Shown here in pieces: positions 38,103-47,880 of a stretch of DNA of 64,000 bases. The notes beneath the pieces were generated by a model that was not told the origin of the DNA, did not search any database, and saw only the letters and a program-made list of their open reading frames with translations. A program made the position numbers and the translations under genes. The stretch comes from Candidatus Limnocylindria bacterium (GTDB lineage: Bacteria; Chloroflexota; Limnocylindria; QHBO01). Position 1 is the stretch's first letter, and every line of letters begins with the position of its first letter. The DNA is taken from assembly GCA_035697845.1 (NCBI GenBank), contig DASSCI010000039.1, positions 4,590 through 68,589 of the forward strand, written 5' to 3'.

Positions 38103-38965
38103 CCGAGCGCGCCCACCGCCATGCCGTAGAGCGTCTCCTCGCGCTTCGGCACATCCGCGCCGCGTGCCATCCGTCCGTCCCAGCCGACCGTCTCGACCCC
38201 CAGTCCTCGGAGCCATCTGGCTCCGATCTCGTTGCCCGGTGGCAGATTCAGCCGCAGCCGCTCGACGTCGGGCGCTTGGTCGAACGCCGAAGCCAGGAGG
38301 GTCTCGGCAACGGTCGGTGCGTCGGCCAGGAACGGACCGATGCGGCCGCCGTCGGCACGCACGCACGCGTATCCGGCCAGTTCGTTTGCAGTCGCCGCGG
38401 CGAGCACGGTCGCGCCGGCATCGGCCAGGAGGAGCTCCAGGATTCGCCGTCGATCGCCACCGAAGCGCGGCCGATCGTAGGAGCAGAGTGCCTCGAGGTC
38501 AGCGATGGCCGCGACGCGTACGTCCAGGGATGGGTCGGCCGTGAGAGATAGGCCCCGTGGAATCTCGGCCGTGGCGCTGGTACCCGTGCTGTGGAAGCCG
38601 TGGCGTTCGTAGAGCGGCCGCCCCTCGCTCGTGGCGTTGAGCTCGAGCCGGACGCAACCGGCGGCCTCGAGGAAGCCGATGACGCCGTTCAGGATCGCCG
38701 AGCCCAGGCCTCGCCGCTGCACGTCCGGCGCGACGACCATGTTCCCGACGAAGCCGAGTGGCCCATAGGCGATGCCCGAGCCCACGGCGATGAGCTGGGC
38801 GTTGCCATCGGCGGCGACGAGGCATCGAGCGGACGGTTCGCCGATCACGGCGCGGAGCGCCCATTCGTGGACGCCCCAGCCAACCGACTCGCGCAGGGCC
38901 GCGATCGCGGGCAGGTCCTCGCTCGTCGCGTCGCGCAGGGTCACCCCGTCGGGCAGGCGGCTCAT
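38099..38965 (-). CDS. GNAT acetyltransferase with C-terminal accessory domain (YitH-like two-domain)
   Basis: N-terminal GNAT motif (VQRRGLGSAILNGVIGFLEAAG). Confidence 0.65.
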   Translation of the reverse strand: MSRLPDGVTLRDATSEDLPAIAALRESVGWGVHEWALRAVIGEPSARCLVAADGNAQLIAVGSGIAYGPLGFVGNMVVAPDVQRRGLGSAILNGVIGFLEAAGCVRLELNATSEGRPLYERHGFHSTGTSATAEIPRGLSLTADPSLDVRVAAIADLEALCSYDRPRFGGDRRRILELLLADAGATVLAAATANELAGYACVRADGGRIGPFLADAPTVAETLLASAFDQAPDVERLRLNLPPGNEIGARWLRGLGVETVGWDGRMARGADVPKREETLYGMAVGALG

Positions 38966-39006
38966 CGGGCGGGAGTGTATCGGAGGCGCGCCGGGCGGTC
39001 GCTAGC

Positions 39007-40185
39007 ATGGAGCCCATGCCCCCCCATTTGCTCCGCGCCGATGTCCTGCTGGTCGGTGGTGGCGTGGCGGCCGTGCGCTGCGCCCGCACGCTGCGCCGGC
39101 GCGGCTTCGCCGGCTCGATCCTGCTCGTCGGCGACGAGCCGATGCTCCCGTACAACCGCCCGCCGCTGAGCAAGGAGCTCCTCCGCGAGGATCTGCCCGA
39201 CGACCTCGTGTTGGCCGAACCCGAATCCTGGTACGAGCGGCGTTCGGTGGACCTCCGGCTCGGAACGCGGGTCGAGCGTCTCGAGGCCGCCGACCACCGC
39301 GCCATCCTGGACGATGGAACCGCCGTCGCCTTTGGCCAGTGCCTCCTCGCGACCGGCGCCGAGCCGCGACGCCTGCCCATCCCGGGTGCCGATCGTGCGC
39401 TGGTGCTGCGGACCATCGCCGATGCGCGCCGCCTGGGCGCGGCCGCGACGCCGGGCGAGACCGCGGTGATCATCGGCGGCGGCTTCATCGGCGTCGAGGT
39501 CGCCTCGTCGCTCGCCGCGCGCGGGGTGCGCGTCGTCATCGCCGAGCTTGCGGATGCGCTGTGGGGCGGCGCGTTCGGCGCAGACCTGAGCAGCTGGGCC
39601 CGGGCGCGCCTGGAGGACGCGGGTGTCGTGGTGAGGACCGGCGCCGCGGCGACCGCCGTCGACGAGCGTGCCGTCCATCTGGGCGACGAGCGGATCGACG
39701 CCGGCGTGGTGCTCGTCGCCGCCGGCGTGACGCCCCGGACGGAGCTCGCGGCCGACGCAGGGCTGGACGTCGACGATGGCATCGTCACCGATGCGCTGCA
39801 TCGGACCAGCGCGCCATCGGTCTTCGCCGCGGGCGACGTCGCGCGTGTTGCGGGCGCGCGCGTCGAGCACTGGCATGCCGCGCGGGAGGGAGGGGAGCGA
39901 GCGGCCCTCGCCATGCTGGATGAGCCGGTTCCTCCCGCCCGGGCGCCGTGGGTCTTCAGCGAAGTCGCCGGCCACCAGCTCGACGTCGTCGGTTCGGCGA
40001 CGAACGCGGCCCAGATTCGGCGCATCGGCGACCAGGAGCGCTTTGCCCTGGCGTACGTGTCCGATGGCGTGGTCGAGCAGGTCGCGATCGTGGACGCCGC
40101 CGTCCCGGTGGACGACGCCCGCGCCCTCGTGGAGCGTGGCGCGAGCGCCGAGGAGCTGGAGCGCGCCCTCCTCTCCGGAGTTTGA
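39007..40185 (+). CDS. FAD-dependent pyridine nucleotide-disulfide oxidoreductase (ferredoxin/putidaredoxin-reductase-like)
   Basis: FAD motif VLLVGGGVAAVRCA and NAD motif AVIIGGGFIGVEVASSL. Confidence 0.8.
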   Translation: MEPMPPHLLRADVLLVGGGVAAVRCARTLRRRGFAGSILLVGDEPMLPYNRPPLSKELLREDLPDDLVLAEPESWYERRSVDLRLGTRVERLEAADHRAILDDGTAVAFGQCLLATGAEPRRLPIPGADRALVLRTIADARRLGAAATPGETAVIIGGGFIGVEVASSLAARGVRVVIAELADALWGGAFGADLSSWARARLEDAGVVVRTGAAATAVDERAVHLGDERIDAGVVLVAAGVTPRTELAADAGLDVDDGIVTDALHRTSAPSVFAAGDVARVAGARVEHWHAAREGGERAALAMLDEPVPPARAPWVFSEVAGHQLDVVGSATNAAQIRRIGDQERFALAYVSDGVVEQVAIVDAAVPVDDARALVERGASAEELERALLSGV

Positions 40186-40222
40186 CCAGGGACGGCGGCT
40201 GGGGGACAATGGCGGCGTAACA

Positions 40223-40239
40223 CCGACTATTTCGGTCGG
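40223..40239. promoter_or_regulatory. Inverted repeat CCGAC-N7-GTCGG upstream of sufB (candidate operator)
   Basis: Seen in sequence ~45 nt upstream of the sufB start. Function not established. Confidence 0.25.
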
Positions 40240-40281
40240 GATTCGCGTCGCAGCGAAACCCGGCCCGAGTCCGAGGAGCGC

Positions 40282-41694
40282 ATGGCCCTTCCGAATCCCG
40301 CCCTGACCCAGATTCCAGACTCATACAAGTACGGCTGGAGCGATCCCGAGGCGACGCACCTGAACATCGCCCGCAAGGGCCTTTCGGCCGAGATCGTCGA
40401 GGAGATCAGCCGTTTCAAGGGCGAGCCGGAGTGGATGACGAAGCTTCGCCTCAAGGCCTATCGGCACTTCGAGGCGCGGCCGATGCCGAACTGGGGCGCC
40501 GACCTGTCGGCCATCGACTTCCAGGACATCTACTACTACATCGCGCCGACCGACAAGGCGGTCCAGAGCTGGGACGACGTGCCCGACTACATCCGGCGCA
40601 CGTACGACAAGCTCGGCATCCCGGAGGCGGAGAAGAAGTACCTCGCCGGTGTCGGCGGCCAGTACGACTCCGAGGTCGTGTACCACAACATCCGCGAGGA
40701 CCTCGAGAAGCAGGGCGTCATCTTCCTCGGCACCGATGAGGCCCTCAAGAAGCACCCGGACATCTTCCTCGAGCACTTCGGGACCGTCATCCCGGCCAAC
40801 GACAACAAGCTGGCCGCGCTGAACACGGCGGTCTGGTCGGGCGGATCGTTCATCTACGTGCCGCCGGGCGTGCACGTCGAGCTGCCGCTGCAGGCCTACT
40901 TCCGGATCAACACCGAGAACATGGGCCAGTTCGAGCGGACGCTGATCATCGCCGACGAGGGGTCGAGCGTTCACTACGTCGAGGGCTGCACCGCGCCGAC
41001 GTACTCGACCGCTTCCCTCCACAGCGCCGTGGTCGAGATCATCGTCAAGAAGGGCGCGCGGGTGCGCTACACGACGATCCAGAACTGGAGCCACAACGTC
41101 TACAACCTCGTCACCAAGCGCGCCGTGGCGCACGAGGACGCGGTCATGGAGTGGGTCGACGGCAATCTCGGCTCGCGCGTGACGATGAAGTACCCGTCCA
41201 TCTACCTGGTCGGTGAGCGGGCGCACGGCGAGGTGCTGTCCATCGCCTTCGCGGGCGACGAGCAGCACCAGGACGCCGGCGGCAAGGTCATCCACGCGGC
41301 GCCGCACACGACCTCGCTCATCACCTCGAAGTCGATCAGCAAGGGCTCCGGCCGCACCTCGTACCGCGGCCTGGTCAAGGTCTATCCCGGCTGCGAGAAG
41401 TCGAAGTCGACGGTCCGTTGCGACGCCCTGATCCTCGACGAGCAGGCGCGCTCCGACACGTATCCGTACATGGAGATCGACGAGGAGGACGTCACCATCG
41501 GCCACGAGGCGACCGTCTCGAAGGTCGGCAGCGAGCAGCTCTTCTACCTCATGAGCCGCGGCCTGTCGGAGGCCGAAGCCGCCGCGATGATCGTGAACGG
41601 CTTCATCGAGCCAATCGTCAAGGAGCTGCCGATGGAGTACGCGGTCGAGATGAACCGCCTCATCCAGCTCCAGATGGAAGGCGCCGTCGGGTGA
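40282..41694 (+). CDS. sufB: Fe-S cluster assembly protein SufB
   Basis: 470 aa; highly conserved SufB sequence (e.g. ...[30 protein letters not shown]...). Confidence 0.9.
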   Translation: MALPNPALTQIPDSYKYGWSDPEATHLNIARKGLSAEIVEEISRFKGEPEWMTKLRLKAYRHFEARPMPNWGADLSAIDFQDIYYYIAPTDKAVQSWDDVPDYIRRTYDKLGIPEAEKKYLAGVGGQYDSEVVYHNIREDLEKQGVIFLGTDEALKKHPDIFLEHFGTVIPANDNKLAALNTAVWSGGSFIYVPPGVHVELPLQAYFRINTENMGQFERTLIIADEGSSVHYVEGCTAPTYSTASLHSAVVEIIVKKGARVRYTTIQNWSHNVYNLVTKRAVAHEDAVMEWVDGNLGSRVTMKYPSIYLVGERAHGEVLSIAFAGDEQHQDAGGKVIHAAPHTTSLITSKSISKGSGRTSYRGLVKVYPGCEKSKSTVRCDALILDEQARSDTYPYMEIDEEDVTIGHEATVSKVGSEQLFYLMSRGLSEAEAAAMIVNGFIEPIVKELPMEYAVEMNRLIQLQMEGAVG

Positions 41695-42929
41695 CGACCG
41701 CGACCACGGCGATCAGCCTCGACGCGGCCGCAATCGCCGATATCTCCAAGCAGCTCGACGAGCCCGACTGGCTGCGCGACCTCCGTGCCGCGTGGTGGGA
41801 GCGCGCGAGCTCCACCCCGCCTCCCACCGGACACGAGGAGGAATGGCGGCGCACGGACCTCGCCGCGCTCCCGCGTGATGGTCGGCTGCTGACGGATGCC
41901 CCACGGCTTGACGTCAGCGGCGTCGCCGAATCCGGCGTCATCCTGACCGACCTGCGGACGGCCGTCGCCGAGCACCCCGAGCTCGTGCGCCGGTACCTCG
42001 GCCAGGGCCAGCCGCAGGCTTCGCACGCGCACTTCTGGGCGCTTGCGCAGGCGGCCTGGACGGGCGGCCTCTTCTGCTACGTGCCGAAGGGCGTCCACGT
42101 TGACGGCACGCTCGTCGCGCGCACCGCACTGCCGGCCTCGGATGTCACCTACCTCCCGGTCAGCCTGGTGGTCGCGGAGGAGGGCAGCAGCGTGTCGCTC
42201 CTCCAGCAGGTCACGTCACCGGACGGCGCCGCCGGCTGGTTCGGTGGGATCGTCGAGATCATCGCCGGCGAGGGCGCCGAGGTGCGCTTCGCCAACCTCC
42301 AGCAGCTCGGTGACGAGACGTGGAACGTCGGTGCGCAGCGCGTGGTGGTCGGGCGCGACGCGCACGTCACGACGCTCGACGCCGAGGTCGGCTCGCGCAT
42401 CACCAAGGTCGGCCTGGATGCCGAGATGGCGGGAAAGGGTGGGACCAGCAAGCTGCTCGGCCTGCTCGCCGCGGGCGACGACCAGCACATCGACATCAAC
42501 GCGCACCAGGTCCTTGCGGCGGACTACACCACCAGTGACCTGCTCTATCTCTCGGCGCTGTACGACCGCGCCCGCGCGGCGTTCTACGGCGTCACGCTGG
42601 TCGAGCAGGGCACGCGCCAGACGAGCTCCTACCAGGAGTGCCGCAACCTGCTCCTGAGCCCCAACGCCGGCGCCGAGCCGATCCCGGTGCTCGAGATCAA
42701 GGCCAACGACATCCTGCGCTGTGGCCACGGTGCGACGGCCGGGGCGATCGACCCCATCCAGCTGTTCTACGCCCAGACCCGCGGCCTGGATCCCGATGCC
42801 GCCGAGCGCATGATCGTGCGCGGCTTCTTCGAGCAGGTCGTTTCCCAGATCCACGACGAGACCATCCGCGCCGAGGTGCTGACCGCCCTCGCCGGCCGCA
42901 TCGGATTCGCTGACGAGGACGCGGCATGA
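41691..42929 (+). CDS. sufD: Fe-S cluster assembly protein SufD
   Basis: SufBD-family C-terminal beta-helix region. GTGA overlap with sufB. Confidence 0.85.
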   Translation: MTTATTAISLDAAAIADISKQLDEPDWLRDLRAAWWERASSTPPPTGHEEEWRRTDLAALPRDGRLLTDAPRLDVSGVAESGVILTDLRTAVAEHPELVRRYLGQGQPQASHAHFWALAQAAWTGGLFCYVPKGVHVDGTLVARTALPASDVTYLPVSLVVAEEGSSVSLLQQVTSPDGAAGWFGGIVEIIAGEGAEVRFANLQQLGDETWNVGAQRVVVGRDAHVTTLDAEVGSRITKVGLDAEMAGKGGTSKLLGLLAAGDDQHIDINAHQVLAADYTTSDLLYLSALYDRARAAFYGVTLVEQGTRQTSSYQECRNLLLSPNAGAEPIPVLEIKANDILRCGHGATAGAIDPIQLFYAQTRGLDPDAAERMIVRGFFEQVVSQIHDETIRAEVLTALAGRIGFADEDAA

Positions 42930-43267
42930 CGGCCCTCGAGCGCGCGACGGGCGGATTCGTGGCCGTGGCACGCGTCGGCGACGTCGAGCCGGGCACCGTC
43001 CGCGTGGTGGAGGTCGACGGACGTTCGCTGTGCCTCGGGCTGACCGAGGATGGCGAGTGGGGAGCCATCGACAACATCTGCACGCACGACGGCGGCACCC
43101 TCGGCGAGGGCGAGCTCGACGACTCGGCCGTCGAGTGCCCGCGTCATGGCGGCCGCTTCGACCTGTTCACGGGACGCGTCCTGGCGCTGCCGCCCGTTCG
43201 GCCCGTGACGGCCTACGAGACGGAAGTCGATGGCGACGACGTGCTCGTCAGGATCGGCCCCGCATGA
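42926..43267 (+). CDS. Rieske [2Fe-2S] ferredoxin-like protein
   Basis: CTHDGG...CPRHGGRFD gives the Rieske CxH...CxxH motifs. Confidence 0.85.
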   Translation: MTALERATGGFVAVARVGDVEPGTVRVVEVDGRSLCLGLTEDGEWGAIDNICTHDGGTLGEGELDDSAVECPRHGGRFDLFTGRVLALPPVRPVTAYETEVDGDDVLVRIGPA

Positions 43268-43769
43268 AGATCAGCACCCGCACCGAATACGGCATTCGCG
43301 TCCTGGTGACGCTGGCGCGCATCGAGGATGACACGAGCTGCCTGTCGCTGACGGAGATCGCGCGCCGCGAGAAGCTGCCGCACGCCTACCTCGAGCAGCT
43401 CGTCGGCGACCTGCGCCGCGCGGAGCTCGTGACGGCAACTCGCGGCCAGTCCGGCGGGTATCGGCTCAACCGACCTGCCGATGAGATTCACATGTCCGAT
43501 GTGATTCGCGCCCTCGAGGGACCGCTGCTGGAGATGCCGTGCGCCGGTGCCGAGGACCTGGAGCACTGCGACCGGCCTCAGCCGTGCAGCGTGCACGAGG
43601 TCTTCAAGCGCGTCTACGAGTCGCTGTCCGTATCGCTCGGCTCCACCAACCTGGCCGACGTGGCCGCGAGCGCAGGCGGGCCTCCCTATCCACCCCAGGT
43701 GCGCCGGCGCCGAGCCGCCGAGCACGCCGCCCTCCTCGATCCGAAGGCATCCCAGCAGGCAAGGAACGC

Positions 43770-43773
<4 letters not shown>
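43264..43773 (+). CDS. Rrf2 family transcriptional regulator (IscR/SufR-like) with three Cys in the C-terminal half
   Basis: N-terminal Rrf2 HTH (MKISTRTEYGIRVLVTLA). C-terminal half contains CAG...C...C. Confidence 0.8.
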
Positions 43774-44630
<857 letters not shown>

Positions 44631-44637
44631 GCCTTCG

Positions 44638-45897
44638 ATGGCCGTCGGGCAGGTCGGCGCCCCGCTCCTGGACGGGGCCGCGCTGCGGGCCGACTTCCCG
44701 GTCTTCGAGCGTCCGACGGCGTCCGGCCGGCCGCTGGCCTATCTCGACTCCGCGGCGTCGTCGCAGAAGCCACGGGCCGTCATCGAAGCCCTGGCCGATG
44801 CGTACGGCCATCACTACGCCAACGTCCATCGCGGCATCTACGAGCTGAGCGTCGACGCCGACTCGCGCTACGAGGCTGCGCGCACCGCCGTCGCCCGTTT
44901 CATCGGCGCATCCAGCCCGCGCGAGGTCGTCTTCGTCCGCAACGCGACCGAGGCGCTCAACCTGGTGGCGGCGAGCTGGGGTGGCGCGAACCTCGGCCCG
45001 GGCGACCTCGTCCTCTCGACCGAGATGGAGCACCACGCCAATCTCGTGCCCTGGCAGCAGGTCGCGCGCGGAACCGGCGCCTCGCTGGAGTACGTCGCCA
45101 TCACCGATGACGGCCGCCTGGATCTCGACGACCTGCGCGCGCGCCTGGCGCGCGGCCCGAAGCTGTTGGCCCTCGCGCACGTCAGCAACTCGCTCGGGAC
45201 CATCAACCCGGTGGCTGAGATCACGCGCATGGCGCACGAGGCCGGCGCCCTGGTGGTCCTGGACGCCGCCCAGAGCGTGCCCCACATGCCCGTCGACGTG
45301 ACTGCGCTCGGCGTCGACTTCGCGGCGCTATCGGGGCACAAGATGCTGGGACCGTCGGGCATCGGCGCGCTGTGGGGCCGCCGGGAGCTGCTCGATGCGA
45401 TGCCACCCTTCCTGACCGGCGGCAGCATGATCACGCGCGTCACGCTGGAGGGTGCCGAGTGGAACGAGGTGCCGTGGAAGTTCGAGGCCGGCACCCCTGC
45501 CATCGCCGAGGCGATGGGACTCGCCGCGGCCATCGACTACCTCCAGAGCATTGGCATGGACCGCGTCCGCGCCCACGAGCGCTTCCTGTTCGAGCGTGCC
45601 TGGGCGTCGCTCGAGGACATGCCCGGCGTCCGCCTTCTTGGCCCGGCCTCTCCGGACGAGCATGCGGGCGTCATCGGCTTCGTGGTGGATGGCATCCATC
45701 CGCACGACGTGGCCACCATCCTCGACAGCGAGGGAATCGCCGTTCGGGCCGGCCACCACTGCGCTCAGCCGGTCATGCTGCGCTACGACCTGCCGGCCAC
45801 CACGCGCGCCAGCTTCTACGTCTACAACGACCTCGATGATGTCGAGCGCCTCGTCGACGGCATTCGCACGACACAGCAGGTCTTCGGCACCGCATGA
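44638..45897 (+). CDS. sufS: Cysteine desulfurase SufS
   Basis: Class-V aminotransferase with PLP lysine region SGHKMLGPSGIGALWG and catalytic Cys in RAGHHCAQP. Confidence 0.9.
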   Translation: MAVGQVGAPLLDGAALRADFPVFERPTASGRPLAYLDSAASSQKPRAVIEALADAYGHHYANVHRGIYELSVDADSRYEAARTAVARFIGASSPREVVFVRNATEALNLVAASWGGANLGPGDLVLSTEMEHHANLVPWQQVARGTGASLEYVAITDDGRLDLDDLRARLARGPKLLALAHVSNSLGTINPVAEITRMAHEAGALVVLDAAQSVPHMPVDVTALGVDFAALSGHKMLGPSGIGALWGRRELLDAMPPFLTGGSMITRVTLEGAEWNEVPWKFEAGTPAIAEAMGLAAAIDYLQSIGMDRVRAHERFLFERAWASLEDMPGVRLLGPASPDEHAGVIGFVVDGIHPHDVATILDSEGIAVRAGHHCAQPVMLRYDLPATTRASFYVYNDLDDVERLVDGIRTTQQVFGTA

Positions 45898-46334
45898 CCG
45901 GCGACAACCTGTACCGCGACTTCATCCTCGAGCACTATCGAGAACCTCACAACCGAGGCGTGCTCGAGCCGCACGACCTGCACTTCGCCGATTCCAACCC
46001 GACCTGCGGCGATGAGATGAGCATGACCCTGCGCCTCGATGAGGCCAGGGAGCGCGTTGCCGACGTCGCCTTCGATGGACGGGGATGCGCCATCAGCCAG
46101 GCATCGGCCTCGATCCTGACCGATGACCTGCGCGGGCTGACGCTGGGCGAGCTTCGAGAGCTCGATCCGGCCGAGGTCGTCGCCAACCTCGGCGTGCCGA
46201 TCGGCCCGGCCCGGCTGAAGTGCGCGCTGCTCGTGTACAAGGTCCTCCAGGGTGCGGTGCGAGGAGCGGCGGTCGGCTGGCCCGAGGAGGCGGACGTCCT
46301 GGCCGGCGGGAACGCCGGCGGCTCGGCGCCGTGA
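45894..46334 (+). CDS. sufU: SufU/IscU-like zinc-dependent sulfur transferase
   Basis: Conserved Cys motifs NPTCGDEM, GRGCAIS and KCALL. Confidence 0.85.
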   Translation: MTGDNLYRDFILEHYREPHNRGVLEPHDLHFADSNPTCGDEMSMTLRLDEARERVADVAFDGRGCAISQASASILTDDLRGLTLGELRELDPAEVVANLGVPIGPARLKCALLVYKVLQGAVRGAAVGWPEEADVLAGGNAGGSAP

Positions 46335-47446
46335 GCGTTCGCAACGTCGGTGCGGCCGAGGCGGTCGCGCTCGCGCGGGCCGGCTATCGGGTCATCGACG
46401 TGCGCGAGCCGGTCGAATGGGATGCCGGTCACATCGCCGATGCGACGCTGCTGCCGCTCGGCGACGTCGTCGAGCGCATCAACCGGGTGGCCCCCGATCG
46501 CGACGCTCCACTGCTGCTGCATTGCAGTGCCGGTGCTCGCTCGGCGCGCGCTGCCGGGTGGCTGGTCGACCTCGGCTACACGAACGTCGCCAACCTTGAC
46601 GGCTCGATCGACGGCTGGCGTGAGCAGGGTGGGGCCTGGGTGGAGCCGACGACCTCGTTGACGGACGCCCAACGGCGTCGATACGCCCGTCAGCTCGTCC
46701 TGCCCGAGGTCGGCCCGGAGGGTCAGCGGCAGCTGCTCGAGGCCCGCGTGCTGGTCGTGGGTGCGGGAGGGCTCGGCTCGCCCGTGGCCCTGTACCTGGC
46801 GGCGTCCGGCGTGGGCACCCTCGGGATCGTCGACGACGACGTGGTCGACGAGTCGAACCTCCAGCGGCAGGTCGTGCACGCCGCGGAACGGCTCGGAATG
46901 CGCAAGGTCGCCTCGGCAGCGGTGGCGGTGCGTGCGCTCAACCCCGAGACGAACGTGGTCGAGCACGACGCGCGCCTGAGCGCCGCCAACGTCGCCGATG
47001 TCATCGCCGGCTACGACCTCGTGGTCGACGGCACCGACAACCTCGACACCCGCTACCTGCTCAACGATGCTGCCGTCGCCACCGGCACGCCGGTGGTGCA
47101 CGGATCGGTATACCGATGGGATGGCCAGGTCACGACGCTCGTCCCGTTCGAGGGGCCCTGCTACCGATGCCTCCACCCGGTCCGGCCGCCCGACGATCTC
47201 GTGCTCGACTGCGACGTTGCGGGCGTGCTGGGCGTGCTGCCCGGCATCGTCGGCACCATCCAGGCTGCTGAGGCGCTGAAGCTCCTGCTTGGCGTGGGCG
47301 AGCCACTGGTCGGCCGGATGCTCATCTACGACGCGCTCGGGGCCCGATTTGACGAGATCGCCATCCCGCGCGACCCGGCGTGCGTGACCTGCGGGTCGGC
47401 CGCGGCTCCCTGGAGGCATCCGGCCATCGCGCCCGCCTCGGCGTGA
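46331..47446 (+). CDS. Rhodanese-ThiF/MoeB fusion (E1-like sulfur-carrier adenylyltransferase/sulfurtransferase; rhodanese domain N-terminal)
   Basis: Rhodanese with active Cys (LLLHCSAGARSA) followed by ThiF motif (VLVVGAGGLGSP) and a CxxC...CxxC zinc site. GTGA overlap with sufU. Confidence 0.8.
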   Translation: MSVRNVGAAEAVALARAGYRVIDVREPVEWDAGHIADATLLPLGDVVERINRVAPDRDAPLLLHCSAGARSARAAGWLVDLGYTNVANLDGSIDGWREQGGAWVEPTTSLTDAQRRRYARQLVLPEVGPEGQRQLLEARVLVVGAGGLGSPVALYLAASGVGTLGIVDDDVVDESNLQRQVVHAAERLGMRKVASAAVAVRALNPETNVVEHDARLSAANVADVIAGYDLVVDGTDNLDTRYLLNDAAVATGTPVVHGSVYRWDGQVTTLVPFEGPCYRCLHPVRPPDDLVLDCDVAGVLGVLPGIVGTIQAAEALKLLLGVGEPLVGRMLIYDALGARFDEIAIPRDPACVTCGSAAAPWRHPAIAPASA

Positions 47447-47472
47447 CGCCCGCGGCACCGGTCGCGAGCCTC

Positions 47473-47880
47473 GTGCTCCCGGTGGATCTCGCCGCGCGCA
47501 TGCTCGAGCATGCTCGAGCCGAGCTGCCGAACGAGGCATGCGGCCTGGTGGGCGGTGACCCGTCCACCAGGCGAGCGGTCAGCTTCCATCCGGCTCGCAA
47601 CCGGCACGCCAGCCCGCTGCGATACGACATTCATCCGGAGGACCTCGTCCGGATCGTCTTCACGATCGAGTCGGCCGGCGAAGCGCTCCTGGCCGTCTTC
47701 CATTCGCACCCGCGATCGGCAGCCGTTCCGTCGCCGACGGATGTGCGCGAGGCCCGATACGAGGCCGTTCACCTGATCGCCACGCTGGCCGACCCAGGGG
47801 GCGATGCCGCGGACGCGCTCCGCGGCTGGATCGTGAAGGACGGCGCGGTATCGGAGGTCGCGATCCGGATCAGCGCGTGA
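47473..47880 (+). CDS. JAMM/MPN+ metalloprotease (Mec+/QbsD-like)
   Basis: JAMM motif E...HSHPRSAAVPSPTD. The start is uncertain (GTG 47473 or ATG 47500). Confidence 0.7.
   Translation: MLPVDLAARMLEHARAELPNEACGLVGGDPSTRRAVSFHPARNRHASPLRYDIHPEDLVRIVFTIESAGEALLAVFHSHPRSAAVPSPTDVREARYEAVHLIATLADPGGDAADALRGWIVKDGAVSEVAIRISA

Noticed and set aside
38499-40223. 574-aa ORF antisense to the GNAT and FAD-oxidoreductase genes
   Set aside because: Ser/Arg/Ala/Thr low-complexity translation overlapping two genes that have recognisable motifs; artefact.
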